The notes under the pieces: model-generated
The model's input: the letters and a program-made list of their open reading frames with translations, nothing else
What the model was told of the DNA's origin: nothing
The model's database searches: none
Assembly (NCBI RefSeq): GCF_000143415.4
Contig: NW_003314283.1
Location: 737,955 to 801,954, forward strand
Origin: Selaginella moellendorffii
Taxonomy: Eukaryota > Plantae > Lycopodiophyta
Reading direction: 5' to 3'
Length of the DNA stretch: 64,000 nt
In this document: positions 63,057-64,000 of the stretch, piece after piece
Layout: every line of letters starts with the position of its first letter
Position numbering within the stretch: position 1 is the first letter of the stretch
Translations under genes and position numbers: made by a program

Positions 63057-64000
63057 AAAGCTCTTGGTTAATAATCATTAAATTAAATTTGTTTATGATA
63101 AGCTTTAAGAATCGGGATTTGGCTGGAATAAAGATTGGCTTCCTTGCCATACCATACATTTGAGAACATAACCTTGGTTCATTATAGTCGATGTTCTAAC
63201 TTGTCTGAATGATATATGTACTTCAGGCATCTACAGCAATTCAAATGTTCAAGGACAAAGGGGCCACATTGCAATCTCAGTCCTTGATTTTTAGCAACAA
63301 GGCATGGAGAGGCTCAAGACTCTCTAATGTACAGCCCATGCATAGCAAAACGAATACAAACCTTTTGCTCTTGTACCACAATTTCTCGCATGCACACCAT
63401 AGCCCTCACCTTGGCTCACCTCAAACCCATATTTTAATTACCACTAATGGCTCGTTATTTTTGGTTTGCTTAGATATATTTAGAATATGCTTAGATATTC
63501 TAAGATATTCTACCATTTAACAGTTGTTATTCATTTAAATAATCTTGTATTTATAATTTATAAACATTTAAAAACCCTTTCTAGTATATTCATTTTTATT
63601 CTATCATCTAATGGTTTTGTGTTCATAAATTACAAACATGCTTATAATTATAAACTTTATTTTGGATTAATAAGTAATAATAAAACTACTATTAAGTAAA
63701 CCAAGCATTGCTACTCTCAGTTCAATGAGACAAAGTTTAAGAAATGTCATTTCTAATCAGTGTTTAATGTTAATTTTTTTATTAAAAAAGTAACCATTTT
63801 GTTGAGGTACCCCTCTTTCTCATTGTTGCCATCTTCTGGATTTTCATAAAACCACTACAAGGAGTTAGGGTTTGGCGTTCTGTCTTTTAGGTTTTGTAAC
63901 AAATTAGTGTATTTTCCATTTGACAGAATATTTGGTCAACAGTCGTTGCTATATGTGCGGGCCCCATGAATTGCAACTCACACTTTTTACATACAAAATT

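Noticed and set aside
1-64000. rRNA, tRNA genes or CRISPR arrays
   Set aside because: None recognised; the tRNA-like matches are short primer-binding sites only

Overview
Eukaryotic land-plant genomic DNA, not prokaryotic. Genes have very short (~50-100 nt) GT-AG introns and tiny intergenic gaps; this style and the gene content suggest a compact lycophyte-type genome such as Selaginella (inference only). A ~45 kb gene island (~5.5-49.5 kb) lies between degenerate Ty3/Gypsy retroelement tracts (0.8-3.3 kb and 50.2-59.9 kb). Apparently intact genes: an intronless orphan ORF, an F-box protein, a TLDc protein, an AMT2 ammonium transporter, plastid FKBP16-3, ARP/APE endonuclease, an ERD6-like sugar transporter, HemK/PrmC, RBBP5/RBL, a single-DUF26 (Gnk2-like) secreted protein, an organellar-type DEAD-box helicase, and an intronless Fic/Fido protein with a fully canonical HPFLDGNGRIGR motif (the most unexpected gene; a decayed copy lies 14 kb downstream). 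Between these genes are deletion-riddled fragments: two RBL copies, two topoisomerase IA copies, an ARF PB1 region, an LRR-RLP and a kinesin. A nested non-autonomous LTR insertion has a clean 5-bp TSD but non-matching LTR-like ends. Exon boundaries were read by eye; coordinates of degenerate features are approximate.
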